Shown here: positions 6,170-16,427 of the stretch, one piece after another
How positions within the stretch are numbered: the stretch's first letter is position 1
Layout of the letters: each line of letters begins with the position of its first letter
Source of the DNA: a virus
Taxonomy: Duplodnaviria > Caudoviricetes
DNA length: 57,882 nt
Direction: 5' to 3' (one strand)
IMG/VR virus record: IMGVR_UViG_3300035670_000247
Coordinates: 1 to 57,882 of that record
Translations under genes and position numbers: made by a program
The notes under the pieces: generated by a model
What the model was told of the DNA's origin: nothing
The model's input: the letters and a program-made list of their open reading frames with translations, nothing else
Database searches by the model: none

Positions 6170-8971
6170 TTATGGGGTCACAGTAAATTCAGGACTGATC
6201 GCGATTAACTGCCCATCTGAGAGCGAGCGCACGCGAATTCGCGCTCTGGTGGTTGCCATTGCCGAGATTGTCACCTCCAGACTGTTGTTGCCGTCCACGT
6301 TCGCCGCGGCAGCATCGATGACAACCCACGTAGTCGGGTCTGTCCCCAGCGACACGCTCGTGGCGTATTCAACAGCTACGGCATTGCCAGCACCGTAACT
6401 GGTCCACGCAATGGTCATGGGATCTCCGTCTGCGACAGACACGCCGCCTGCCGGAGCGGATATGCGGATGCCCGCCAGAATTAATTCTGCGGCATCTTCA
6501 ATTTGATTATTCCATGGGTTCTGCAGCTTCAATGACACTGCTGCCGGAGTGTTTGGCATTAATACATCACACTCATTCTCGCCTGTGGCCGACGCTGTGC
6601 GTTTGGCGTAGGTCCAGTTAGCGCCGTCGTCCGTGCTGTAGAGAATATCCACCTGACCGGCCAGGCCGGCTGATGCCAGCCAGCTTACGGACATATACGT
6701 TCCCGCGTAGGTGCGAATCGGCACAGATATGTCATATCCCATGGCAATGTCAAACAGATTGGTGTCAGTGTAGTCTTCGTTGTCCAGGTCGCGGAATCGT
6801 ATTTCGACGTCTGTATAGCTGACGACGGGCACCGAGAACGGGCTCGACAGCTGCAGGTCCATGCCGTTGATGCCGTCGGCAATCACGACCCAGTTGCCGC
6901 CTGGCAGTCTGTAGTCAATCACGCAGTTGTCGGATAGGCTCAATCCGCCGCGCACAATCCACGTGATGTCATAGGCGACTCCGCTGAGAATTCGTTCCTG
7001 GTCATAGGGCGTCGCAAAACGCACTTCCGGGGGAATGATGGTCATAGAATCAGACACGTCTGCGATATTTGCATCTTCACTGTCGGCGATTTTAATCCTG
7101 GCGGCGGCAGATTCTGCCGCGGCTGGAATAGTCCATTCGTAGGAGCTGCCGGACACGCCTGTGGCTATGCCTGACCACGATACGCCGTCGTCAACAGAGA
7201 AGAACAAATCCCATGCGCCTGACACATTGCCGCCGGAACTCCATGTAATCGTCTTCGTGTCGTCAAATTCCCATATTGCGCCAAGCGCGGGCGAGGTAAC
7301 GACCAGCGTTGCATCGACATGCGCAATGCCGAGCTGGTCGATTTCGACATATTCGTAACCGGTGGACAATAGGAAACACTGCACATACAGATTATCCTCA
7401 TCACCAAACTCTTCGATCCAGGACGTAATGGCGTTCTGCATTTCCAGGGCAGTGTTCGTTGTTGTTGCGCCGTAGGTGCTGTTTGGTGACAGGCGCCATT
7501 GTCCCAGTGATTCGTCATAGTAATACCACAGCACTCGGTTCGGGCTGAGTCTAAATGCAGCTTCCCCCTCGTTGTCTGCCCCCATTTCCGCCGTGAGCGA
7601 TACCGGCATTCCGCCGCTGATCGCCGCCGCCGTGGACGGTATGACAAACGAGGCATCATCAGGATAGCGGCCATAAACAATATCGATGCCGCGGACATTT
7701 GGCGCATAACGGTAATCCGCCGTCGCCAGCCGCGTTTCAACCAGCAGCGTCTCACTGGCTGCGCCCAGGTCCAGGTTTGCAGGGTCGTAGATGTACCCCC
7801 CATCTATTCCGTTCTCGTCCGTCCACGTCGTGCCCCCGTCCCGCGATACCTGCATCACAACGGACGTTACCCCGCGCAGATACATGTCGCGCCGCTGCAC
7901 TTCTGTCGCTGCCACCGGCAGAATCACCAGTTCTTCGATGTCAAATGGCAGATCGCTGCAGTTGACCATCAGGCCGCTAACTGGTTCTGTCGGCAATGCG
8001 GCATAGTTGCTGAGCACCTCATGCCACACGGCTGTGCCGTTGCAGGCCGCCAGCAGCACGCCTGTGGCTGCATCATAGCTGAACCCGACGAGATTCCATT
8101 CGTCATTAATCAAACTGTCGATGCGGATCTGGTCTGTCGCTCCCTGCCACTGTGAATCGACGTAGCAGCGCATACCCATGTAGCCGGTTGAGTACAGGCA
8201 TATCTCCCAGGGGACGATGCTGCCGGGGCGCGATATGATCGGAGTTGTTCCGCTTGGTGTATCGGCGTTGTACAGGTCCGGCTTGATCCATGCCGCGACG
8301 GTGATGGATTCGGTCTCCAGGTCGGCCCACCAGGGCCAGATGATCGTGTCGCCGGAATCCAGTCCAGCAGCGTAGCTCCAGATGCCGGCCTCCTGATAGC
8401 TGATACCGGTCGGGACACCCATGGTCCCGCTGACTTTCTCCTCGATACTGCCGCTGGTCTCGTCGAAATGGATTACTGCTACCGCATGAAGTTCTGGCCG
8501 GGTTGCCGTGAAAAAGTTTTCGGGCTGGATATACACAGTGTTTGCGGCGGCGTTCGGGTCGGAATTGTCGTCAAGTCGAACATAGAGGCGACTGTTCACC
8601 GCGTCCCAGCCCCACTCGCCGACGGCCAGGCTGCCGACCGTTCCTTCCGTGGCCACTCCGGCGGCGGCGGCCATATCGAAGAACACCTCGTCCGGCGATG
8701 CTGTCAGCTCGGTCGTGTAGTATTCGTCGCCGTCGGCCGTCCAGTGCGTGCCCCAGCATTGCAGCTCTGTCTGGGTCCAGGCAGGGTCGGGGATTGTCCA
8801 TGATTCATCAAACTGCTGCCAGTTGCCCGATTCGTCCCAGTCAATGCTCATCCATCGGACAGTTTCGCCTGTGCCGGGATTCATGGTCACATGATAACTG
8901 CCTGAGTCCTCATCTCCAGCGGCTACTGCCGCTGCCAGTAAAAATGCTGCGGTTATCCATATACTGCGCAT
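6170..8971 (-). CDS. Large secreted-type LamG plus Ig-like repeat protein (adhesin/receptor-binding candidate)
   Basis: Signal peptide MRSIWITAAFLLAAAVAA; LamG motifs ITVAAWIKP and EWNLVGFSYD; repeated ITW...S.D.G..W beta-sandwiches. Confidence 0.75.
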   Translation of the reverse strand: MRSIWITAAFLLAAAVAAGDEDSGSYHVTMNPGTGETVRWMSIDWDESGNWQQFDESWTIPDPAWTQTELQCWGTHWTADGDEYYTTELTASPDEVFFDMAAAAGVATEGTVGSLAVGEWGWDAVNSRLYVRLDDNSDPNAAANTVYIQPENFFTATRPELHAVAVIHFDETSGSIEEKVSGTMGVPTGISYQEAGIWSYAAGLDSGDTIIWPWWADLETESITVAAWIKPDLYNADTPSGTTPIISRPGSIVPWEICLYSTGYMGMRCYVDSQWQGATDQIRIDSLINDEWNLVGFSYDAATGVLLAACNGTAVWHEVLSNYAALPTEPVSGLMVNCSDLPFDIEELVILPVAATEVQRRDMYLRGVTSVVMQVSRDGGTTWTDENGIDGGYIYDPANLDLGAASETLLVETRLATADYRYAPNVRGIDIVYGRYPDDASFVIPSTAAAISGGMPVSLTAEMGADNEGEAAFRLSPNRVLWYYYDESLGQWRLSPNSTYGATTTNTALEMQNAITSWIEEFGDEDNLYVQCFLLSTGYEYVEIDQLGIAHVDATLVVTSPALGAIWEFDDTKTITWSSGGNVSGAWDLFFSVDDGVSWSGIATGVSGSSYEWTIPAAAESAAARIKIADSEDANIADVSDSMTIIPPEVRFATPYDQERILSGVAYDITWIVRGGLSLSDNCVIDYRLPGGNWVVIADGINGMDLQLSSPFSVPVVSYTDVEIRFRDLDNEDYTDTNLFDIAMGYDISVPIRTYAGTYMSVSWLASAGLAGQVDILYSTDDGANWTYAKRTASATGENECDVLMPNTPAAVSLKLQNPWNNQIEDAAELILAGIRISAPAGGVSVADGDPMTIAWTSYGAGNAVAVEYATSVSLGTDPTTWVVIDAAAANVDGNNSLEVTISAMATTRARIRVRSLSDGQLIAISPEFTVTP

Positions 8972-9525
8972 TTGATGGCCTCCCGGGCTCTTGATAGTCG
9001 CGATCTGTATGTTCCCGCAGCCAGTCCGTCTGTCGGGCCGCTGTTATTGCCCCACGCAGCCCACCACGCATCGGCATACAGCGGCGGCAGCGCAGCTATG
9101 GCAGCTACGGCCTGGCGCAGATCATCGCGCAGCTCCGGGGTGGATGCAGCGGCGTCTGGCAGCATATCCCAGAGACAGCAGTTGTCATCTTCTGTTGTCG
9201 GCAGATGCCCTGAGATCAGCGAGTATTGGCTGCCTCGCTTCTGTGAGGTGCGCATACAATTCAGCGCGGCGCGATAGGTGATTGAGTGCAGCCATGTCTG
9301 AATTTTGGCAGAGCCGGCGAACTGGTTGGCATGTTGCCAGATTTTGGCAAACACGTCATTCACCAGTTCGTCAGCCACGTCTGCGTCTTGGACGATATTC
9401 ATTGCGACCGTGCGGACATATCGGCGATATTGTTGCCATAGCGCGTGAAACGCATCCTCATTCCGGGCGGCTACAGCTGCCATCAGGCGGCGCTCGTCGC
9501 AATCGTGTGCGGCAGTTGCAGTCAC
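8953..9525 (-). CDS. ECF-type sigma factor
   Basis: AFHALWQQY...ADELVNDVFAKIW...TWLHSITYRAALN (sigma2) and GTYRSRLSRAR (sigma4). GTG start overlaps the upstream stop. Confidence 0.85.
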   Translation of the reverse strand: MTATAAHDCDERRLMAAVAARNEDAFHALWQQYRRYVRTVAMNIVQDADVADELVNDVFAKIWQHANQFAGSAKIQTWLHSITYRAALNCMRTSQKRGSQYSLISGHLPTTEDDNCCLWDMLPDAAASTPELRDDLRQAVAAIAALPPLYADAWWAAWGNNSGPTDGLAAGTYRSRLSRAREAIKCAVYG

Positions 9526-9989
9526 CGGTAGAGCCTCCTGCGGATTATCCGTTGCGCATCTCTGAGATCGTCGCGCATCTTCAGCCCGGTCACGTCGGCA
9601 AACAGGTTGGCCCAGACTTCGGCGACGTTTTCGTGGTAATTGATTTCGCTGGCGCGGATGTCGCGTGATACCGCCTGCCGGTCGGCCATGCTCAACTGTT
9701 CCCATATTGCATGACCGAATTCATGCCGGTACACGTAGGCGATGACATCGGGCTGGCACGTTTCCAGTTCCGGCGCCAGCGAAATACAGCCGCGGTAATA
9801 CTTGCCAGCGGCACCACCGTTGCGCATAGATTCGTCCACCTGATATTGTACGTGGACATTAGACAGGCCGGGGAAAAGTAAGCGGAGGGAAGCGTCTGCG
9901 GCTGCGACTGCGTCGTCGATATTGCCGGCACAGGCCGTGCCGCACAACATGCCGCAAACTGCTAAAAAGATGAGTTTGTGATGTAACAT
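9522..9989 (-). CDS. Exported zincin metallopeptidase
   Basis: HEFGH plus downstream E..AE; hydrophobic N-terminal leader. Confidence 0.7.
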   Translation of the reverse strand: MLHHKLIFLAVCGMLCGTACAGNIDDAVAAADASLRLLFPGLSNVHVQYQVDESMRNGGAAGKYYRGCISLAPELETCQPDVIAYVYRHEFGHAIWEQLSMADRQAVSRDIRASEINYHENVAEVWANLFADVTGLKMRDDLRDAQRIIRRRLYR

Positions 9990-10012
9990 ATCAAGCCTCT
10001 GTTGTTGCATTA

Positions 10013-10055
10013 ACAATAAAGGCTCTGTCAGGTCGCGGCAGGGACATTTTTTTCA
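10013..10055 (-). promoter_or_regulatory. Late promoter: 17-bp box plus -10
   Basis: TGAAAAAAATGTCCCTG-N20-TATTGT. Confidence 0.8.
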
Positions 10056-11234
10056 GGCTGGCGGAGATATGTCGCGATACATGCAGAACGGCCACGTCGG
10101 ATCGTCGATCTTGTACACAAAGCCGACTGCGCTTTTCTCGTACCATCCCGCTTGATCACCGTCAGGCCAGGTGGCGCTTTGCTCGAACATCGGCGGGCTG
10201 GTATATGCTCCGCCGCATGGCAGCGTCAGCCAGTCATTGATGTATGAATCTGGATGCGGCAAGGGCTGCCCTGTCCACGGTGGGTATTTAAGGGGCACAA
10301 GCGCAGTATAATCTGTTGCCATGCTCATGTTGTTGATAGGCGGGGCTGTCAGAGCAAGTGTGGGTATCGCCCGAAAACGCCAGTGGGGATCGTCATTGTT
10401 TTTCCAACATCCCCACGTCGTGCAGAAGTTGTTTATGTCGCGCTCGTCTTCTGGCAGTTGGGTGAATGAATATAGTGCTGGCAGCACACCGCCGCCCGGC
10501 AGCCAATGCACATAGGGCAACGCAAGGTCGCCTAGGGGTTGTTCCCAGTCGCCGTAGTACACTTTACAGGCGTCGATGGCGAGCGATTGGTGTCCGACAA
10601 ACTCATATACGGTTTCATTGCCAGTCGCCGGATCGGTCAGCGGAATTGCCGCCGGAGACTTGCTTAACGTTATATTGGCCACGCGGAGACTTTCTATTGC
10701 AATTCGAGCGCGGAAAAGCCTGTTTGGCAAGTGCCAGAAGTGTCCAAGCCCCTGGTTGACAATAAGCGCCTGCCATTCCGCGAGAGTCTGAGTATTCCAG
10801 TTGATTTCGTCGTTGCTCAGTGTGGCGAGGATGTTATGTTTCCATGACGGAAGACTGGTGCTGATTTTTCCCGGATAGTCGGAAAATGAATGCAGGTATC
10901 GTTTATATCCGCATTGCCTTATGTGATAAAAACCTGGGAACAGGGGGCGCCACCATACTTCGGGCAGCAGACTGCGGACTTTCGCCGCCAGCGCGTCTGA
11001 ATTCTGCCCCCAAGGAAACCAGTTGATCGTCACATGGACGCCAATCATCGCTTGCCTGATGGCCTCCAGGTAGGGCAGCGGCTGACGACACGATATAGCC
11101 GCTGGCGTTGACCAGTCGAGTGCTGGCCAATCATCAAATGGAGGATCGGCGGTGAATTCCTGCCAGTTCTGAAACTGAAAATTAAAGTTTTTCGTCATTA
11201 GTCCTAGTACAGCGAGCCGGTGAATGCAACCCAC
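10053..11234 (-). CDS. Hypothetical tail-region protein
   Basis: 393-aa Trp/Pro-rich ORF in the structural operon. Confidence 0.65.
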   Translation of the reverse strand: MGCIHRLAVLGLMTKNFNFQFQNWQEFTADPPFDDWPALDWSTPAAISCRQPLPYLEAIRQAMIGVHVTINWFPWGQNSDALAAKVRSLLPEVWWRPLFPGFYHIRQCGYKRYLHSFSDYPGKISTSLPSWKHNILATLSNDEINWNTQTLAEWQALIVNQGLGHFWHLPNRLFRARIAIESLRVANITLSKSPAAIPLTDPATGNETVYEFVGHQSLAIDACKVYYGDWEQPLGDLALPYVHWLPGGGVLPALYSFTQLPEDERDINNFCTTWGCWKNNDDPHWRFRAIPTLALTAPPINNMSMATDYTALVPLKYPPWTGQPLPHPDSYINDWLTLPCGGAYTSPPMFEQSATWPDGDQAGWYEKSAVGFVYKIDDPTWPFCMYRDISPPA

Positions 11235-12142
11235 AGAAAGGTTTCCGTCTCGGCCACCAGCAGTTGGCTGCGCATTACCAGCAACTCAAACGCATACACG
11301 CGCTCACCGACGGCTGGGTTGTTGGGGAACTTGACATATTGCTGTGGATAATCAGTTGCGTTTTCGTTTACCGTGATGGGCCCGATGCCGCGGAACGACA
11401 CGCCCCCAATGCTGTAACTGGCAATCAGGGTTTCTACAGATGCGTCTGTCACATAGCCAAGCTGCGATATAACATTCGGGTTCACGATGATGCAGGCATA
11501 GAAATGGCCTTCATATCTTTGGCGCACGATCTGCATGAACTGAGTTCCCGCATTGCGCAGCATCGCCCAGGAATTAGCCTGAGTGCCATATACTTCGCCA
11601 CTATGAGTACTCGGTTCACTTTCTGTAGTCAGCGCGTTTATGCCGGGTGCTGTTCCGGGCAGGTATCCGATCCCGTATTTTGCCGCGTCAATCGGAATCG
11701 GGCCGTTGAACACGACTTCACGCACCGCCATGCCCTGTTTGTACGGCTTGCCGACCCACAAGCTGTTGTCGTTGATTTGGGAGTAGCGTAGCCACATTGC
11801 CGCGAACGGCGGGATTGTCTCGGAGGTCGTGTTGTAAACTAGCTTTGCGTTGACCATTTGTAAAGTTTTTACGATTTGCCGCAGGCTGTCGGCAGAGGCA
11901 GTCAGTTGTCCGTCGTGCTGCGACAGTTGCCTGGAGATGTCGGCAAAGCGGCGGCGCATTGCCGTAATGCTCATGTCAACTTCGCCCTGCCTGAGTTCCG
12001 CAATTTCCTGGCGCATAGACTCGATTTGGCTGGCCTGTTTTTCTGCATTTTGCTGCAGGTGTTCCACGATTCGGGCCAGCGCCATAGGATTGTCCGGCGC
12101 GGGTCGGTGTCTGGAGTTTGCTTTCGGCAGGCTCATAATCAA
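11204..12142 (-). CDS. Tail-associated protein (coiled coil plus beta domain)
   Basis: N-terminal coiled coil, then NTTSETIPPFAAM...FNGPIPI...YG. Confidence 0.65.
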   Translation of the reverse strand: MIMSLPKANSRHRPAPDNPMALARIVEHLQQNAEKQASQIESMRQEIAELRQGEVDMSITAMRRRFADISRQLSQHDGQLTASADSLRQIVKTLQMVNAKLVYNTTSETIPPFAAMWLRYSQINDNSLWVGKPYKQGMAVREVVFNGPIPIDAAKYGIGYLPGTAPGINALTTESEPSTHSGEVYGTQANSWAMLRNAGTQFMQIVRQRYEGHFYACIIVNPNVISQLGYVTDASVETLIASYSIGGVSFRGIGPITVNENATDYPQQYVKFPNNPAVGERVYAFELLVMRSQLLVAETETFLWVAFTGSLY

Positions 12143-13905
12143 TGCAGCTCGACGGGGTGGGTTGCGATCATCACTTCATCCACCGTATAGGCGGAAACAA
12201 TTTCATAGCTCCAGCGCGTCTCGGCCCGCAGTACCGGCACCGCATAAATCTCATCTGCCGGCAAAGTCTTCTCGGCAACCTGCACGCTGTTGGCCAGCAG
12301 CCGCAGCGTCACCGGATACCCGGCGGCGCGGACACGGACATACACCCAGGCGACGGGCGAGGGCGCGATGAACTCACGGGAGCGCCATGTCAGGCTTACG
12401 CCGGTCAATGCTGTAAATGTCGAGACTCGCGCAAGGTCCTCGGTGAGATCCAGGCGGATGTTCGCTGTACCGCCCTCGATAAAAATTGTCTCGTCCTGAG
12501 ATTTGACCGTCATACTGGCCGGGGTAAGCGCCTGCCATTGTTTGCGGGTAAAATGGCTCTCTGTGACAAGTCCTGCTCCTGATCCAGCTCCGAAGGCCGC
12601 CACACCATCAGCGCACACCCAGTACACCTGCTGGTCAACCTGGGCCACGCCGAACTGATTGAGCAGCGGGCGACTGTCTGTCACCAGTGATTTGCTCATG
12701 TATTCCGGGTGCGACCCGGAAAACGCATACACATGATTCTGCGTGAATACAATTATTGTCGAGCCGGTTATCGCAAGAGCCTGGACACTGCTGTCAACTG
12801 GAATGACGTATTCCTCGGGCCATACCCAGAACCGGTAAAAATCCGAGAACCACACTTCGTCACCATTGAAGTTCACGGCGAAATGCGCCGGATGGATCAC
12901 GCTGCCGGACTTCGTCATGCCGGTCGGGTAATTGCCGTAGGGCGGAAGTGCGGTGGCCTGGGTGTACAGCAGTTTGTCATAGTAATAAGTCGCCGTAAGC
13001 TCATCCAGCAGATGAAACTCGCTCGATCCGCCAGTGCTGCGGTAGAGCCTGCCTTTCGATACGGTAGCCAAACTCGCATAGGTCCCCGGCATGACAGTAA
13101 TCATGTCGGATATTTCCGACGGCGGCCCTTCGTCCCCGGCGGAGTCAACGCGAGTCTGCACATAGTAGTAATTCCGCACCTGGCGATCTGTGTAGTTCAG
13201 CTCGACGTTGAATGTAATATCGCCGGAGTCGTACCAGAACGTCAACTTGATCCCTTCTGACTTAGAAGACACGATGGTTTCGTTGTAGCTTGGCCCTCTG
13301 ACATCCGTTACCTGGAAATAGCCGTAGGTCTGTCCGTCGTCGTCAGTCAGCTGGATCAATCCGGCGGGGATTTCGGGATCGTCAGGAGTGCAGGTTTCCG
13401 GCATGAATATGCCGCCGCCCCCGGCTATGCGGAACTGATAACGCGGGCCGATGATCTCGTATGGATCGATACTGTAAGGCAGCGTCCCTGTCTGCGGTTC
13501 AAAGCCGCGGATGGTTATAGTCAGCCCCGTGTCCGTCCAGTTGTAATTGGCAGTGCCCACACTGGCAATATTATACGTCACCAGCTCGGTCAGAATCTCG
13601 CCATCGACCAAATGGCGTATCCAGATATAAGCGCGGATCGACACATCCAGCGGGTCGAATAAATATTTAAGCTCGTTGAGAGAAACTTTGGCCGGGGATG
13701 AAATTTGTTTCCAGTCGGCCGTCGGGATGCCGGAATTTAGATTGGTGCCGTCGTTGTTTGCGACAAACGGCGCCGCCGCCGTTCCCGGCACCAGCTTTGA
13801 TGATGTCAGATCAACGTTCTGCGCAACCTGCGCCGCGCTCTCGGGCAGCGATTCAGGATCAAGCCGCGGGAATATGCCGCTGAATTGACTATTGCCGATT
13901 TTCAT
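12139..13905 (-). CDS. Podovirus tail tubular/nozzle (stabilization) protein
   Basis: FSGIFPRLDPESLPESAAQVAQNVDL N-terminus, GDEGPPS, VWFSD...WP..Y; follows the adaptor genes. Confidence 0.75.
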   Translation of the reverse strand: MKIGNSQFSGIFPRLDPESLPESAAQVAQNVDLTSSKLVPGTAAAPFVANNDGTNLNSGIPTADWKQISSPAKVSLNELKYLFDPLDVSIRAYIWIRHLVDGEILTELVTYNIASVGTANYNWTDTGLTITIRGFEPQTGTLPYSIDPYEIIGPRYQFRIAGGGGIFMPETCTPDDPEIPAGLIQLTDDDGQTYGYFQVTDVRGPSYNETIVSSKSEGIKLTFWYDSGDITFNVELNYTDRQVRNYYYVQTRVDSAGDEGPPSEISDMITVMPGTYASLATVSKGRLYRSTGGSSEFHLLDELTATYYYDKLLYTQATALPPYGNYPTGMTKSGSVIHPAHFAVNFNGDEVWFSDFYRFWVWPEEYVIPVDSSVQALAITGSTIIVFTQNHVYAFSGSHPEYMSKSLVTDSRPLLNQFGVAQVDQQVYWVCADGVAAFGAGSGAGLVTESHFTRKQWQALTPASMTVKSQDETIFIEGGTANIRLDLTEDLARVSTFTALTGVSLTWRSREFIAPSPVAWVYVRVRAAGYPVTLRLLANSVQVAEKTLPADEIYAVPVLRAETRWSYEIVSAYTVDEVMIATHPVELH

Positions 13906-13918
13906 AAGCGCCTCTTGT

Positions 13919-14638
13919 CTAGCCTGAGATACAGAATCGTCTTGCCGTTCCTCGGCGGTACGCCTGCCGCGCCGCGTCCTCTTTGCAGTTATCCCATTTG
14001 GGGATCCATACGGCTGCGGCGGTGTTCTGGTCGGTCCATGGTTTGCCGGGCTGCATCATCAGTTCGGCCAGCGCCCCGGCGGCAATGCCCTCGCCAAACC
14101 GGTCGAGCAGCCAGCCGGGAATTTTAGAATCAAACAGCGGCGGCCGCAGCACTATGTTGCAGACAATGCCCTGGTCGTGTGTCTCTTGCCACTCCGTCCC
14201 ATCCCACGCCCCGGCGGCCACTGCATCCCGGGCCTGGTAGTATTTTGAATCGTAGCGGACATAATCCCCGGCGCTATAGGCTGCGCCTGCGTCAAAATCG
14301 GCGACATCTGTGTCTTCATCCGGGACATTGTGCGGATCAAACATCAGCGCAGTCTCATCTTCCATCCAGTAGTCAGCCTCGTGCTGCTCCACGCCGCCGC
14401 ATTTAAGCCACGCTATTTCATGCGGCACGCCGTCGTCGAGGTCGTCACCGCTGGGCAGCGTGTACTCTGTCTGGTACGCGACAATCGGCAGATGAATGTC
14501 CTTAGTCCAGATATGCGTCTGCATACAGAGTGTCCGCGCCGTTGAAATCAGCGTATGCAGCTGCAACGGCTGGGGACACCCAGAAAGCAGCGGATGCAGG
14601 ATCGGCAGCAGGTCGCGGAATGAATTGGCTCGGCTCAT
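13919..14638 (-). CDS. Head-tail adaptor with inserted carbohydrate-binding-like module
   Basis: GCP...C.QT.IW start and IAAGALAELMMQPGKPW end; insert FDAGAAYSAGDYVRYDSKYYQA. Confidence 0.7.
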   Translation of the reverse strand: MSRANSFRDLLPILHPLLSGCPQPLQLHTLISTARTLCMQTHIWTKDIHLPIVAYQTEYTLPSGDDLDDGVPHEIAWLKCGGVEQHEADYWMEDETALMFDPHNVPDEDTDVADFDAGAAYSAGDYVRYDSKYYQARDAVAAGAWDGTEWQETHDQGIVCNIVLRPPLFDSKIPGWLLDRFGEGIAAGALAELMMQPGKPWTDQNTAAAVWIPKWDNCKEDAARQAYRRGTARRFCISG

Positions 14639-14979
14639 TATCCAACAGCCTCCTGAAATATCTGTTTGTGCAGAGCGGCTGTCTGGTTGTCGCCTGCCAG
14701 TTTAGTCTCGGCAAGTGCGCGGAATATGACATAGGATGCCAGCGCGTCATGAAAAGACTCGACCAGACCGAGCTCATCGCCTGCCGCATAATCGTCCGAC
14801 ACATCTTCCGTATAGCGCACGGAGTCTGTATAAAGCGAGTGCGGCGCCTTGGCGGCGATAATGCGCCGTCCCTGGCTGGCATACGCCATCAGCGCGGCAT
14901 CGGACCACCGGTAGGTGGCAACCGTGTCGCCGATCACCGGGCGGATGTCGTTGGCGATGAGCTGGTCAATGGTCTTCAT
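14638..14979 (-). CDS. Head-tail connector/adaptor
   Basis: D....YRWSDAAL..Y...ALASYVIFRAL pattern. Confidence 0.65.
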   Translation of the reverse strand: MKTIDQLIANDIRPVIGDTVATYRWSDAALMAYASQGRRIIAAKAPHSLYTDSVRYTEDVSDDYAAGDELGLVESFHDALASYVIFRALAETKLAGDNQTAALHKQIFQEAVG

Positions 14980-14982
14980 GGT

Positions 14983-15564
14983 TTAGAGTGCTGCCGACTC
15001 GACAGACTGCCGGGTCAGGCGCGTGCCTTCTTCTTTGAGTCTGAGAAATTCTTGTTCCGTTGCCTCACCGAGCAGATCGTAGGGAAATGTGCGCACTTCG
15101 CCTATCTGCTTGCGGGTCTGGCCCGGCAACTGCTTGAACTGAGGTGTCACCCCGTTGTCCGCGGCTTCTTTGAATCGATACGGAATGATAACTTCGACGT
15201 TGCGTGTTATCTGGAGCACCTCGCCATTGACAGACAGGATGACTTCATCAGGCTGGTTGGCATCGCTTTTCTGCTGAAATTTGACGCGGTAATATTTGTT
15301 GATGTCGATGGCTGCTGCCGGAGGCGGCGGCACGGCAGATACCACGGCTGCCGGCGCGGGCAGTGCGGTTGTGTCAAACGATTTCAGGACAGCGACAAAT
15401 CCGTCCTGATGCGGTTTGATGGTGTAGAGTGCCTCGTCCAGACCTCTCTGACGTATGGCCCTGCTGACGCTGGCTTCGTTGGCGAAAGGTTTGTTGTCCT
15501 TCGAGGCTAGAAATGCGGGAATGTCGGCGGCTGACTGCTCTTGGCTTGTATGCTCCTGGCTCAT
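14983..15564 (-). CDS. Conserved phage morphogenesis protein
   Basis: GGAG SD before MSQEH; VILSVNGEVLQITRNVEVIIP...RTFPY. Confidence 0.6.
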   Translation of the reverse strand: MSQEHTSQEQSAADIPAFLASKDNKPFANEASVSRAIRQRGLDEALYTIKPHQDGFVAVLKSFDTTALPAPAAVVSAVPPPPAAAIDINKYYRVKFQQKSDANQPDEVILSVNGEVLQITRNVEVIIPYRFKEAADNGVTPQFKQLPGQTRKQIGEVRTFPYDLLGEATEQEFLRLKEEGTRLTRQSVESAAL

Positions 15565-15604
15565 GTCAGTTCTCCATGTGTCTGATTTGTTTGATGAAAT
15601 AAAT

Positions 15605-15677
15605 CCGGCGGGAACGGGAGTTTTCCGCTCCCGCCGGGGTTTTTTCCGTTCCCCGGGGGAATTTTCGGGGACGGAAA
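15605..15677 (-). terminator. Tandem hairpins after the capsid-decoration gene
   Basis: CCGGCGGGA..TCCCGCCGG and TTTCCG..CCCCG/CGGGG.CGGAAA. A T-rich tail follows on the minus strand. Confidence 0.65.
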
Positions 15678-15685
15678 GGGGTGGG

Positions 15686-16387
15686 TTAGTTGTCGTAGGT
15701 TCCGGCGATGAACATCTGCATTTCATCGTCCACGTTAACTACGCTTGTGATGTTGCATTTGATCCCGGCGGGCGTTATATCGCCGACCGCGAGCGGTGCA
15801 AGATCATACATCGGAGTGATGGCTTCGATCACCCCGCTCGGTGCGGCGCGGTCGAGGGTCACTTCATTGGCCGCCTCACCCTGACCAGCGGTCAGCGCGG
15901 TGATGGTGTACCACACGCCGTCGATGCAGATTTTCGAGCCTTCGCCGATCCTGCCGCCTGACGCCACATCCTCATTGAAGTGGCCGGTGCGGTTGCCCGC
16001 TGTGTCCAGGGTCCAGGTGCTGATGACTTCCGTCACCGCCGAACCGCCGTTGGCAGTCGAATTGCGCTCGTCGCGTGTCATCCGCTTGTCGAAGGCCAGA
16101 TACACGCCCTCGCCATAGTCCGCGCTGGTCTGCATTGCCGCAGTCAGTACCTCTCCGCCTTCATACGGCTCAAACCCGTTGCCGGCGGTCAGCAGACTCA
16201 GGGCTGTAGCCCCGTTGGTATCGAGAATACCGTTGATGCAGTCAGCGGCCCGCATATCGCGATTCCATGCCGCGTTGGCTCCGGCATCGTCCTCCAGGGC
16301 GAGCAGCTTGATGAAGTCGGGAATGAACCCGAGACACAGAAACACGGCTGCGCCTGTTCCGTTGAATGTACCAGTGACAACTTTCAT
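15686..16387 (-). CDS. Capsid decoration/minor head protein
   Basis: VTGTFNGTGAA..LCLGFIPDFIKL; directly after the major capsid gene. Confidence 0.6.
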   Translation of the reverse strand: MKVVTGTFNGTGAAVFLCLGFIPDFIKLLALEDDAGANAAWNRDMRAADCINGILDTNGATALSLLTAGNGFEPYEGGEVLTAAMQTSADYGEGVYLAFDKRMTRDERNSTANGGSAVTEVISTWTLDTAGNRTGHFNEDVASGGRIGEGSKICIDGVWYTITALTAGQGEAANEVTLDRAAPSGVIEAITPMYDLAPLAVGDITPAGIKCNITSVVNVDDEMQMFIAGTYDN

Positions 16388-16427
16388 TTTATTACCTCTT
16401 TATTTTTGAGTTGTGTTAGGGGGGATA

